Virus record (IMG/VR): IMGVR_UViG_3300048834_001011
Span: 1-56,829 of that record
DNA from: a virus
Lineage: Duplodnaviria; Caudoviricetes
DNA length: 56,829 nucleotides
Reading direction: 5' to 3' (one strand)
The position numbers were made by a program, and so were the translations under genes. Shown one piece after another: positions 18,930 through 28,236 of this stretch. Every line of letters starts with the position of its first letter. Within the stretch, counting starts at the first letter, position 1. The notes under the pieces were generated by a model. The model saw only the letters and a program-made list of their open reading frames with translations, was not told the origin of the DNA and searched no databases.

Positions 18930-18966
18930 GAACCCGCCTTGGTGCCTCGTGCATCGGGCGGGTTTC
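18930..18966 (+). terminator. Stem-loop between tail and lysis modules
   Basis: GAACCCGCC...GGCGGGTTTC inverted repeat; U-tract is weak. Confidence 0.45.
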
Positions 18967-18985
18967 GCATTTCTGGAGACCCGCA

Positions 18986-19288
18986 ATGACCGAAGAAAAC
19001 CAACCCGCCGCCCTCGTGGAAAACATGCTCCTGCTGCACAAGGAGGACTTCGACGATCTGCTCGAACGCGCCGCCGAGCGTGGAGCCGAGCGCTGCCTCG
19101 CGCATCTCGGCATCGAAAACGGTCACGCCGCGAAGGACATCCGTGAGCTGCGCGACTTGCTGGAAGCGTGGCGCGATGCGCGTCGCACGGCGTGGCAGAC
19201 TACCATCAAGGTCGTGACCACGGGCATCCTGGCCGCGCTGCTGGTCGGTGCCGCCCTCAAGTTGAAGCTGATGGGAGGCGCGCCATGA
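18986..19288 (+). CDS. DUF6127-like membrane protein (holin/antiholin-like)
   Basis: AAERGAERCLAHLG...DIRELRDLLEAWRDAR plus one C-terminal TM segment; GGAG RBS. Confidence 0.7.
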   Translation: MTEENQPAALVENMLLLHKEDFDDLLERAAERGAERCLAHLGIENGHAAKDIRELRDLLEAWRDARRTAWQTTIKVVTTGILAALLVGAALKLKLMGGAP

Positions 19289-19512
19289 CCGTCAAGCCGA
19301 AACTCTCTCTGCTCGACGATTGGCGGCGGGTCGCGCGCCGTGCCTGGAGCATTCGCCTGTCCGTCGTTGCAGCCATCTTCACGGCGGCCGAGGTCGTGGT
19401 GCCGCTGTTCGGCGACGTGCTGCCGCGTGGCGTGTTCGTGCTGCTGGCCTTCAGCGCCAGCATCGGCGCGGCCATTGCGCGCTTGATCGCACAGCCGGAG
19501 ATGCGCCAATGA
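19285..19512 (+). CDS. Putative holin
   Basis: LLDDWRRVARRAWSIRL, two hydrophobic segments, ARLIAQP end; upstream of the lysozyme. Confidence 0.7.
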   Translation: MTVKPKLSLLDDWRRVARRAWSIRLSVVAAIFTAAEVVVPLFGDVLPRGVFVLLAFSASIGAAIARLIAQPEMRQ

Positions 19513-19920
19513 TCGGGCCGCCGCAACGCCGGACAGTGGCCGCGCTCACGCTGTCCGCTGCAGCGCTGGTCGGCATCGTGCTGCACGAGGGCTACGCCGA
19601 AGGCGCTGGCTCGGGCGCTCACCGATGTGCAGCAGTTTGAGGGTGCGCTCAAACAATGCGTAACCGTGCCGCTGGCCCAGCACGAGTACGACGCCCTGGT
19701 GAGCTTCTCCTACAACGTCGGCAGCCGCGCATTCTGCCAGTCCACGCTGGTCAGAAAACTCAATGCCGAGGACTACACCGGAGCTTGCGCCGAGCTCCTG
19801 CGCTGGCGCTTCTTTCAGGGCAAGGACTGCGCGCTGCCCAACAACGCGCGGCTGTGCGGCGGGCTGGCCACGCGGCGGCAGGCCGAGTACCGCCAATGCC
19901 TCGGGGATGCTGCCCCATGA
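19509..19920 (+). pseudogene. SAR endolysin (GH24 lysozyme) disrupted by a frameshifting internal deletion
   Basis: N-terminal SAR segment ...IVLHEGY stops matching at 19595; PKALARALTDVQQFE...QHEYDALVSFSYNVG...GLATRR resumes at 19597 in another frame; the catalytic D/T segment is absent. Confidence 0.85.
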
Positions 19921-20417
19921 GTCTGATCCCTTGGCCGTACCGCCTACTGGCCTTGGCTGCGCTGGCCGTCGCGCTGATCGGCTTCGGATGGGTCAAGGGC
20001 GCTGGCCACGTACAAGCGCAGTGGGACGCCGCCGCCCAGCAACAGACCCTGAAGGCTGCCGCCATCCGCCAGCGTCAGGCCGAGGCCACCGTCAAGGTCG
20101 TCACCCAGTACGTCGACCGCGTCCGCATCGTCCGGGAGAAGGGCGACACCATCATCAAGGAGGTACCCGTCTATGTGCCCGTTCAGGCCGATGCTGCTTG
20201 CACTATCAACCGTGGCTTTGTGCGCCTGCACGACGCTGCCGCAGCCGGTGAACTGCCCGAGCCCGCCCGAGATGCTGATGCAGCCGCCGCAGGCATTGCG
20301 CTCTCTGCCGTCGCCGGATCCGTTGCCGCAAACTACCAGACCTGCCACGAAAACGCCGAGCAACTGAGGGCGTTGCAGGCGTGGGTCACGGAAACGAGTG
20401 CAGCCCCGAAAAAGTAA
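19917..20417 (+). CDS. Rz: Rz-like inner-membrane spanin
   Basis: N-terminal TM segment, helical periplasmic part, follows the endolysin. Confidence 0.8.
   Translation: MSLIPWPYRLLALAALAVALIGFGWVKGAGHVQAQWDAAAQQQTLKAAAIRQRQAEATVKVVTQYVDRVRIVREKGDTIIKEVPVYVPVQADAACTINRGFVRLHDAAAAGELPEPARDADAAAAGIALSAVAGSVAANYQTCHENAEQLRALQAWVTETSAAPKK
20173..20367 (+). CDS. Rz1: Rz1-like outer-membrane lipoprotein spanin embedded in Rz
   Basis: +1 frame inside Rz; AAGGAGG RBS; lipobox VALCAC; Pro-rich mature part (CPSPPEMLMQPP). Confidence 0.8.
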   Translation: MCPFRPMLLALSTVALCACTTLPQPVNCPSPPEMLMQPPQALRSLPSPDPLPQTTRPATKTPSN

Positions 20418-20460
20418 CTTGGCGCTGGCCAACTTCTGCCTTCCCGACACACCTCGATTC

Positions 20461-21351
20461 TTACGTCCAGACCTCGTCCAGATTCTTTGCCGCCAGCAGC
20501 TTCTCCCGCAGCGCGTAGCGGGACGATTGCATATTGACCTCGCTGTTCTCTGGGCGCGGGATCGGGACAATCGCAGTCGCTGGCCCTTTGAACTTGATCA
20601 TGTACTTCCCGGTGTCGTTGTAAGGAAGGATGGCCTCGACCTCGGCAATATGGGTGATCGCTGCAACGGGAGCGACCTGATAGGCAGAGATGAACTTCAG
20701 CTTCGAGATGTGCTTCGCATTGATTCGAACGGCAAACCAGCAGTTCTCGTTCAGGAAGCGTTGCTTGAATCCTTCCTCGCGTGCAGGGACGACGATGGTG
20801 TCGAACTTGTCGTTCTCCGGACCAACTGGCTGCACCTGATCGTTCGGGTCTTCCTGCTTCGGTGGCGTGAAAGCGTTGATGCCGAGCATTGGCAGAATCA
20901 GCAACATGTCGGCAAGGAACGCCTGGGCCGTGGCCTTCGCAGCGGGGGCCATCGTCGGAGCCGTGGGGTTGTTCTTGTTCAGCAGAATGGCCCGGTCGTG
21001 CTTCTTGGCAAGCGCAACCAGCGCCGACTCCAGGTACTGGACTTCGGTTTTGCCGATCTTGTGGTTGCGGTCGAAGAAGTAGACGCCCCACACCCAACCT
21101 TCCTTGTTCGAGACGTGGTTTTTCAGCCGGTCACCAACGGGGTCGGCCTCGCCGATGTAGATCGTCTCTTCGGCGGCATTGCCGACAAGGATGTAGATAC
21201 CGGCCTGCGAGAAGCCCGGCTCCTGCTTCAACAGATGGAAAAGCTCCTTGTTGAAGACGACGCCATAGCCCGACCAGTTCGACTTGTCGAGGTGACGAAT
21301 ACCCTCGGGGTCACCAGAAGTCGCAAACAACGTAATGGAAAATGGATGCAT
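20461..21351 (-). CDS. GIY-YIG nuclease with an extra C-terminal domain
   Basis: GIYILVG...IYIGEAD...RLKNH...YLE...N motifs; starts 3 bp after the helicase stop. Confidence 0.85.
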   Translation of the reverse strand: MHPFSITLFATSGDPEGIRHLDKSNWSGYGVVFNKELFHLLKQEPGFSQAGIYILVGNAAEETIYIGEADPVGDRLKNHVSNKEGWVWGVYFFDRNHKIGKTEVQYLESALVALAKKHDRAILLNKNNPTAPTMAPAAKATAQAFLADMLLILPMLGINAFTPPKQEDPNDQVQPVGPENDKFDTIVVPAREEGFKQRFLNENCWFAVRINAKHISKLKFISAYQVAPVAAITHIAEVEAILPYNDTGKYMIKFKGPATAIVPIPRPENSEVNMQSSRYALREKLLAAKNLDEVWT

Positions 21352-21354
21352 TGA

Positions 21355-24090
21355 TTAACCCCAGGCTGCGCTCATCAGAGTGGCGAGATCGCGCCGCGAC
21401 AGCACCTCGGTGAACTCGCGCCAGTCTTTTTCTGGTGGCATCATCGTGCCGGTGTAGCGCAGGTCAAAGCCCGTCGCGGTTTTCTGCGCGTTGATGTAGT
21501 CGTCCAGCCGCTCACCCAGTGTTTCGATGTCCTCGATCCACTCATCCTTGATGGTGTCCGGCAGCGAGCCGAATAGGTCGTAGCGGTTCTTCATCCGTTC
21601 GGACAGGCGTTCGTAGATCTTCTCGTCCACCGTCTGCTCGAACACGAGGTTAAGCATGTCCACGGTTTCGCGCCGCTGCCCGAAGCGTTTGATGCGGCCG
21701 ATGCGTTGTTCAAGCCGCGTGGGGTTCCACGGCAGATCGATGTTGATCAGCGTGCCGAGGGTTTGCAGGTTCAAGCCTTCGCAGGCGGCATCGGTCGCCA
21801 CCATGACGCGGATCTGGTGCTCAGCCACCATGCGCTTGAGCGTTTCGCGCTCGACACTCACGCTGTCACCACGCTGGTAGAGGCGACTGCGGCCCGCGCC
21901 TGCGTACAGGCCCACCGCTTCCTCGGGATAGCGGGCCGCCAGCGCATCGGCCAGCCACTTAGCGGTGTCGTAGTACTGGCTGAAGATGATGACGCCCAAG
22001 TCACGCCACTGCTCTTTGTCGAGGAAGTGGACGACGGCCTCCATCTTCGGGTCGGCCTCCAGTCGCTCTAGGCGGGCGATCAGGCGTTGCAGCACCTCGC
22101 GTTCCTCGCCCGTCTCAACTTTGACGTCACCTTCCTGCTCTTCGTCTTCCTCGTGCTCGGCATCGCCTTGCAGCAAGCGCCGGGCCGTCGCTAAGCCCGC
22201 GTGGACGCTGGAGCAGATGCGCTGCTCCATCAGGTTTTTCATGAAACCGCTGCCTTTACCGCGTTTGGCCAATGCCTTGCCGAACGCACGTGCTTCGCCG
22301 TAGGCCTGCCTGAAGTCTTCCGACGTGCGCAGCGCCTTGCCCTCGAACAAGGCATCGAAAGCGCGCTGCTCCGATACTTGCCCGCGTTCCGGATGCACGT
22401 CCACGCCGACGCGAGCCAGTAGCCCGGCATCTTCAAGCTGCTGGCGTTTGCGTAGCACGACATGACGTACCAGCGGGTTTTCGCGCTGGAACAGCGTGGC
22501 ACCTGATATGCGGCGCTCCAGCTCCTCTTCCAGAATCTCCCGCGTTTCCTCCGTCAGATCGGCCAGCGAACGGTTGGTTTGCCACTCGCCGTTCTGCAAT
22601 CCCAGGTCTTGCCGGATAGCTGAAAACAAGCGACGGGCGCGAGGCTCACTGGTTGATTCCATGCGCGGAAGCGGCGAGCGCAACAACTCCCACGCATGGG
22701 TGAGCGATTCGACCTCCACGCGGCCCGCGAGAATGTCGAGCACTTCGTCGGGTCGGTGCCACGGCGCTAGATCGTGGCCCAGCACGAAGCGGCCTGGGCC
22801 CTGGTGCAGGATGCCCAGCAAGTCCCATAGATCAGCAGGGTTGGTCTGAATCGGCGTGGCAGTGCCCAGCAGCACATGATCGGCACGGGCGGCGATCTCA
22901 CGCATGAAGGCGAGCAGCTCGTTCGGTGTTCCGGCTTCCTTGCCGAAGCCCTGGCGGGTTCTGGCTTTGTGCGCTTCGTCGAGGATCACTACGCCGAAGC
23001 GCATACCGAGCAGGTGCTGCTTCTCCAGCGAGTCGCGCATCATCAAGCCGGTGGAGACAATGCCGATGCGCAACGGGCAATGGGCAATTTGCTCGCGCCC
23101 GGCAGGCGACAGCACTCGCTCGTCAGCATCCAGCCAGACTTTGCCAACGGTATCCCAACGCGCGGTTGGGATGCCCAGCTTGTCCAGCATTTCGGTCTGC
23201 CACTGCTCGGTCAGTGTGGCGGGAGCGAAGATCACCACCGGACGGCGTGGGCCATTCTCTTTATCCGCCAGCAGGCACAACGTCAACGCGGCGGTAGCCA
23301 GCGACAGCGTCTTGCCCAAGCCCACTTCGTCGGCCAGCAGCAGGCGCACCGTGCCGTACAGACGCTGATGGCGCAAGCACTCGGTTAAGAACCCCTGCTG
23401 CCACGGCTGTAACTGCTGGCCTTCGCGGTATAGCGGCGATTCAATCAGTGCCGCAGGGGCAAGATTTTCGTCATCGTCGATCTCGACGAACTCGATCTCA
23501 CGCCGGTAGCCACGCCGATGTACCTCGCGGATTACGGCCTGCGGGAGGGGCTTGGCGGCGTTCCAGAGGAAGTCGAATTCTTCCTCGATCCACGCCACAC
23601 CCTCCGGCGATTCGTCTTCCCACAGGATTTCATAGTGGCGCTGCCAGCCGTTTCGCGTCTCGTTCATCGACCCAATGAAACCCAGCCTACGGCCATCAGC
23701 CAGGGTAATCACACCTGCTTTGCCATGCACGAAACCGCAGATGTCGTCCGGTGCTATACGCACCGCCTGCCCATGCTTGGCGAGGAAGGCGTCCAGCCGC
23801 CGATAGCGTTCGCGGTTCAGCAGTGCCTCGGCCTCCAGGGCGCGCTCGTTCCAGCGGCCCAGCATCTTGCTCTCGCGCAGTTGCGCCACCTTCAGGTCGT
23901 CTGGGTGGATGTCCACGTTGCAGACGATCTTGACCTCGGGGATGTGCTCCAGCGCCTCGCCAGCCACTTCGAACAACGAGCTGGTGAAGTAGCCTGCAAT
24001 GCGCTTGTAACTCTGCGCACCGGCCAGATGCTGCATCAGGAAGCTGGCATCCAGCCGATGGGTACGCGAAGAGAAGCGCCGGATGCCCAT
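21355..24090 (-). CDS. PLD-nuclease / SNF2-type helicase of the DUF499-DUF3780-DUF1156 restriction-like anti-phage system
   Basis: HGKAG...GSMNET PLD-like motif; LLADEVGLGKT, DEAH, TATP, EGLNLQ, DLPWNPTRLEQRIGRI. Confidence 0.9.
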   Translation of the reverse strand: MGIRRFSSRTHRLDASFLMQHLAGAQSYKRIAGYFTSSLFEVAGEALEHIPEVKIVCNVDIHPDDLKVAQLRESKMLGRWNERALEAEALLNRERYRRLDAFLAKHGQAVRIAPDDICGFVHGKAGVITLADGRRLGFIGSMNETRNGWQRHYEILWEDESPEGVAWIEEEFDFLWNAAKPLPQAVIREVHRRGYRREIEFVEIDDDENLAPAALIESPLYREGQQLQPWQQGFLTECLRHQRLYGTVRLLLADEVGLGKTLSLATAALTLCLLADKENGPRRPVVIFAPATLTEQWQTEMLDKLGIPTARWDTVGKVWLDADERVLSPAGREQIAHCPLRIGIVSTGLMMRDSLEKQHLLGMRFGVVILDEAHKARTRQGFGKEAGTPNELLAFMREIAARADHVLLGTATPIQTNPADLWDLLGILHQGPGRFVLGHDLAPWHRPDEVLDILAGRVEVESLTHAWELLRSPLPRMESTSEPRARRLFSAIRQDLGLQNGEWQTNRSLADLTEETREILEEELERRISGATLFQRENPLVRHVVLRKRQQLEDAGLLARVGVDVHPERGQVSEQRAFDALFEGKALRTSEDFRQAYGEARAFGKALAKRGKGSGFMKNLMEQRICSSVHAGLATARRLLQGDAEHEEDEEQEGDVKVETGEEREVLQRLIARLERLEADPKMEAVVHFLDKEQWRDLGVIIFSQYYDTAKWLADALAARYPEEAVGLYAGAGRSRLYQRGDSVSVERETLKRMVAEHQIRVMVATDAACEGLNLQTLGTLINIDLPWNPTRLEQRIGRIKRFGQRRETVDMLNLVFEQTVDEKIYERLSERMKNRYDLFGSLPDTIKDEWIEDIETLGERLDDYINAQKTATGFDLRYTGTMMPPEKDWREFTEVLSRRDLATLMSAAWG

Positions 24091-24101
24091 GGATCAAGAC
24101 C

Positions 24102-27100
24102 TCAGTCGCCGAAGCGAAGATTCTTCAGGCGCGCGCCCAAAACCTCGGCGGCAGAGCGCACCTCAGGTTCGGGTGCTTTGCGCTCGATGAAAGTGAGCAT
24201 GTCCACCAGCAGGGAGCGAACTTCCAGGAAGTCCGCCAGCTCGGCTCGCAGTTGTTCGACGATAACTTGCGCCTCGGTGTCCTTGAGCAGCTGTTGCAAA
24301 GCGATGATGAGCTGACCCAGCCGCGTCACGCCGATCTCGGTGGCATCTGTCAGATCACGCGAGGCGTATTCGCTTACGCGCTTGAGACGTGCGTTGTTGG
24401 GCCGCATGTCGCCCATCACACGGGTGTAGTCCGTTACGCGGAAGGCCTTAGCAAAGTTCTGGTAGTTGTCCAGCTTGCCCGCGCCTGCGGTTTCCATGTC
24501 CATCATTCGCAGCACAAAGCGTTCGATACCGGTGAGGCGTCCCCAGGCGTCGGCGGTGAGATCCTCGGGCACCAGCAGGCTGGATGCGGTTTCCGCTGCC
24601 TGCTGGACGATTTCGTCCACCACCGTGACTTCACCCCGTGCGCGCGGGCGCAGAGCGAAGGTGGTGACGTCCTCGTCTCCGATGCGTGTGTAGGCGGTCA
24701 GCACCTTGAGGGCTGCTGCATACCCAGCCATCTGCAAGTCGGAGTCTCCCCACACCGGCTCACCGTGATGGGCTTCCACGGCGTCGTTCAGGTGCATCAT
24801 GGTTTCGATTTGCCGTGCCACTTCCTGCCGAACCGCTGGCAGCAGGCGCTGTTTGAAGCCGGTGCGCTCGCCTGCCGCACGCTTCTTGAGCATCAGGATG
24901 ACGGTGCCCTGAACGTAGCCACCTTTCTTCTGAGCGGAATTGGTTTCAGTTGCAACATACCAGGCAGCAAATACTTGCAAACCTGCTGCCCAGAAAATAC
25001 CGATCAAATCACCCCAAACAGCAGTGTCTTGGTGAGTAAACATCACGCATTGCATGCCGTTGTCGGGCATATGTTCGGCCATCGCTTTGTAGGCAGCGAC
25101 CATGCCGCGCCTGAAGTCCTCGCCGGAGCCTTTTACTGCTAGCGCACGGCGAGAGTCCCATACCCATCCGTCGAAGGGTTTTGGCGGATTCCTGCGCAAC
25201 CAAGCAATGAAAAATTCAGTGATTTCGTGGTAGTTGACAGCGTCGGCGTAAGGGGGGTCGGTTACGTAAATTTCCGCCTGAATTGAGTTGTCCGCTGCAG
25301 GACTTGAAGCTACCCGAGTCTCAACTTGTGCAATACCAGGCGCATCCCCAAAACCAATTATTGTGTGATTTTCCAGGTTGGGAACCGCACGTGCAGCGTA
25401 ATTAAATAAAGTGTTTAGCGCTTGGTTGGAAAATGTATTGACTTGATTTTCATGTCGCGAAGAAGTTGCCCATCTGCACAAACGAGAATTCCATTCGTAA
25501 GACTTGGATTGAACAACAAATAGTGCGGAGATGAGGCTTTCATCTTCGATTAGGCTCAAGCTTTTTCTATAGGTATAGTAAAGCAGTAACTGGCGTGGAT
25601 TAAACAAGTGATGCCAATGCGTCCAGCCCCGTTCACGAAATAAGCGCGTCGTCTCGTCACCTGGCTCGATAGCCATATTCGGCACTAGACCCTCGTCCTG
25701 CCAATGACGAAGATTAGCCGTAACAATACGTTCCACCTGCTGCTCACGCTGGTAGTCCGCATCAGTAGGTGCAGCAAAAAAGGTTTCTTGCCGTCCAGCG
25801 TCTAGCGTGTCTTTGGTAATCCACTGAACGCAGTAAAGCCGCTCTTGGAAAATGTCATCTTTCCGTGGTTTGAAGTCATCGGACGCCCACAATCTTAAGC
25901 GGTTTCCAGTGGTTCCATCTTCTTTTCGATAATCGCCGCGTAAGGTTTTTATGGACGTTCGGTAGGTCTTGCCGTCAAGCTGATAGACCATGTCGCCGTC
26001 TTGCTCGGTTCCTTGCCCAGCTGCCGCCATTTCATCCTCTGAGACATTGCTAATAACCTCAAAGGTGAACCGTTTGTTTTGGTGGTCTGGAGAGAGGCGC
26101 GCAATAACATTGCGCATTTTGGATATTACCCATGTGGGCGATATCGGAATCATCCATCCGGTTTCTGGGCAGCGGGCTTCAAGGCAGTACAAATAAGCCT
26201 TCGCCCGGTTACCATTGCTATCGTGCTCAACACCTAGGTCGATGACTTCTTTATCAACGGCCGCCGCTACTTTCCGCTGCGCTCGCTCAATTGCCAGCCG
26301 CCGCTCTGGCGAAGCACCGATGATATTGAATGCCCCCCACGTCAACATACAAGCGATTGGGTTAAGATCAGAAGCGTAGGCATCACAACCTATCCGCGCC
26401 GCCTCAAACGGGATCGAACCACCGCCACTAAAGGTGTCGGCCACGCGAGGACGATGTCCGTAGCGCAGGATGCCAAGTTGCTCAACCAACTCGGGAAGAG
26501 ACTTCACATTCACGCCTAAGTGGGCGTAATGTCGATTGACATCTTCCCAAACTGGGGCATACAGCCATTCCTGATCCAACTCTTCCGGTCGCTTGCCAAG
26601 ACTGGCCTTTTCCTCGTAGCTAGCACAGGTGGCCAGCAACTTGCGATAAATCACCAGCTTCTCGTCGTCACTCAGGCTGCGCTGCCAGCGCAGAGAGATG
26701 CCTTCTGCATCCGCGTCAAGTGGAAAGCGCATCCAGCGAACATCTCCACCTGTGACATCACCTCGCCTGAGCGTGGCCTTAAAGTAGTCCCACGGATTTT
26801 CGAGATGGATTCGCGCGGCAATCTCAGCTGGCGATACGGCGTTGCCGATCAACGCACGACGCGCCAAGCCCTCGTCGTCGAAGGCCATGAGTTTCTCGAA
26901 GATTGCAAGATCGGCCTGAGCGTCGTCGGTGGGCGGCAACAAACAGCCGAGCACAATTGCGCGCACCAGAATCAGAGGCTTGCGGCCTTTCCAGTAGGAG
27001 CCAAGTGCAGTAAGCGTTTGCCCTGCGCCGGCCTTGCGCTCTGTCTGCGATTCGACCGACACCTTCTGCGCGGGGAAAACTGTTTCGATCAGCGCGGGCG

Positions 27101-27146
27101 CATCTTTGAGTGCTAGTGGCGTGAGGGTTGTTGTTGTTCTTTGCAT
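24102..27146 (-). CDS. DUF1156 DNA methyltransferase (amino-MTase)
   Basis: GQTLTALGSYWKGRKPL N-terminus; DTFSGGGSIPFEA SAM motif; TDPPY catalytic motif; ATG 27146. Confidence 0.9.
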   Translation of the reverse strand: MQRTTTTLTPLALKDAPALIETVFPAQKVSVESQTERKAGAGQTLTALGSYWKGRKPLILVRAIVLGCLLPPTDDAQADLAIFEKLMAFDDEGLARRALIGNAVSPAEIAARIHLENPWDYFKATLRRGDVTGGDVRWMRFPLDADAEGISLRWQRSLSDDEKLVIYRKLLATCASYEEKASLGKRPEELDQEWLYAPVWEDVNRHYAHLGVNVKSLPELVEQLGILRYGHRPRVADTFSGGGSIPFEAARIGCDAYASDLNPIACMLTWGAFNIIGASPERRLAIERAQRKVAAAVDKEVIDLGVEHDSNGNRAKAYLYCLEARCPETGWMIPISPTWVISKMRNVIARLSPDHQNKRFTFEVISNVSEDEMAAAGQGTEQDGDMVYQLDGKTYRTSIKTLRGDYRKEDGTTGNRLRLWASDDFKPRKDDIFQERLYCVQWITKDTLDAGRQETFFAAPTDADYQREQQVERIVTANLRHWQDEGLVPNMAIEPGDETTRLFRERGWTHWHHLFNPRQLLLYYTYRKSLSLIEDESLISALFVVQSKSYEWNSRLCRWATSSRHENQVNTFSNQALNTLFNYAARAVPNLENHTIIGFGDAPGIAQVETRVASSPAADNSIQAEIYVTDPPYADAVNYHEITEFFIAWLRRNPPKPFDGWVWDSRRALAVKGSGEDFRRGMVAAYKAMAEHMPDNGMQCVMFTHQDTAVWGDLIGIFWAAGLQVFAAWYVATETNSAQKKGGYVQGTVILMLKKRAAGERTGFKQRLLPAVRQEVARQIETMMHLNDAVEAHHGEPVWGDSDLQMAGYAAALKVLTAYTRIGDEDVTTFALRPRARGEVTVVDEIVQQAAETASSLLVPEDLTADAWGRLTGIERFVLRMMDMETAGAGKLDNYQNFAKAFRVTDYTRVMGDMRPNNARLKRVSEYASRDLTDATEIGVTRLGQLIIALQQLLKDTEAQVIVEQLRAELADFLEVRSLLVDMLTFIERKAPEPEVRSAAEVLGARLKNLRFGD

Positions 27147-27160
27147 TACCTGATGAATCC

Positions 27161-28219
27161 TCAATGGGCCGATGCCACTTCGGGCGACAGCCAGCCGTGG
27201 GAGCGCAGCCGCGCTTCGGCAATGGCAAGCTGGCGTGGGGTGAACTGCTGCTTGCGTGCGTTCCAGCCATAGACCTGACGTTCCACGATCTCGTGCTGCG
27301 TGGCACCCTCGCGGCTCATCACCCAATGCACTGTGGCCAGGAGTTCTAGCCCGTAAGGCGACTCGAAGCCTTCGACCAGCTTGGTTACGCGCTCGAAGCG
27401 GGCGCGGCTGATGTCGTGCTGATCCAGATAACCCTTGGCGTCTTCCACCGCGCCGGGCACCAGAGTGAGCGGCTTGTCCGGCGCATCGCCGCCGTCGGCA
27501 TAACCCGCGATCAAATGGCCTTCCACCGCCTTCAGCACATGGCGCAGGTTCTCGGCATAAGGGCCGTAGTGATGCTTGACGTACTGGAGCCGCAGCGGCT
27601 CACCAGCCTCCTGCATGAAGTACATCAGCTTGTGGACTTCCAGCAGGGTGACGAAGGGGTCGAGCAGGCCGCCAAGATAGCGCTGCATCAGCTCCACCAA
27701 GGCGGCGCGGCCCGCCGTCATTTTGGGCACCTCGCGCACGTGCGCCATCTTGTCGTTGGCCGGAGCCCCGTTCGGCTCAAACACCAGCACGCGTACTTCG
27801 GCAAGCTCCGCCAGTGCGCGCTCGATGCGTGGTCGCACCTCGTTCCAGTCCAGCCCGCCCAGGCCTGCGCCCAGCGGCGGGATGGCGATGGAGCGGATGC
27901 CCTTGTTGCGGATGACATTGACCAGATCGACAAGGCCCGCATCGATGTCTTCAATACGGCTCTTGCCGCGCCAGTGGCGCTTGGTCGGGAAGTTGATGAT
28001 GAAGCGCGGCAATGTGAGCTGCCCCGTCTCAAAAACGAACATGCGACCAGGCTGCACGGCTTCGCGTTTGCAGGCGGCCTCGTAAGCCTTGAAGTTTTCG
28101 GGGTAGACGTTCTTGAACTGCAAGGCGATACCGCGCCCCATCACACCAACGCAATTGACGGTGTTGACCAGTGCGTCGGCCTCACACTGGAGGATGTCGC
28201 CCGAGGTGTACTCGATCAT
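27161..28219 (-). CDS. darG: DarG antitoxin, macrodomain DNA ADP-ribosyl glycohydrolase
   Basis: GDIL...ALVNTVNCVGVMGRGIALQFK...INFPTKRHWR...PPLGAGLGGLDW; C-terminal HKLMYFMQ...YGPYA, LELLATVHW. Confidence 0.93.
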   Translation of the reverse strand: MIEYTSGDILQCEADALVNTVNCVGVMGRGIALQFKNVYPENFKAYEAACKREAVQPGRMFVFETGQLTLPRFIINFPTKRHWRGKSRIEDIDAGLVDLVNVIRNKGIRSIAIPPLGAGLGGLDWNEVRPRIERALAELAEVRVLVFEPNGAPANDKMAHVREVPKMTAGRAALVELMQRYLGGLLDPFVTLLEVHKLMYFMQEAGEPLRLQYVKHHYGPYAENLRHVLKAVEGHLIAGYADGGDAPDKPLTLVPGAVEDAKGYLDQHDISRARFERVTKLVEGFESPYGLELLATVHWVMSREGATQHEIVERQVYGWNARKQQFTPRQLAIAEARLRSHGWLSPEVASAH

Positions 28220-28236
28220 GGCTGTGCTCCTCTCAT

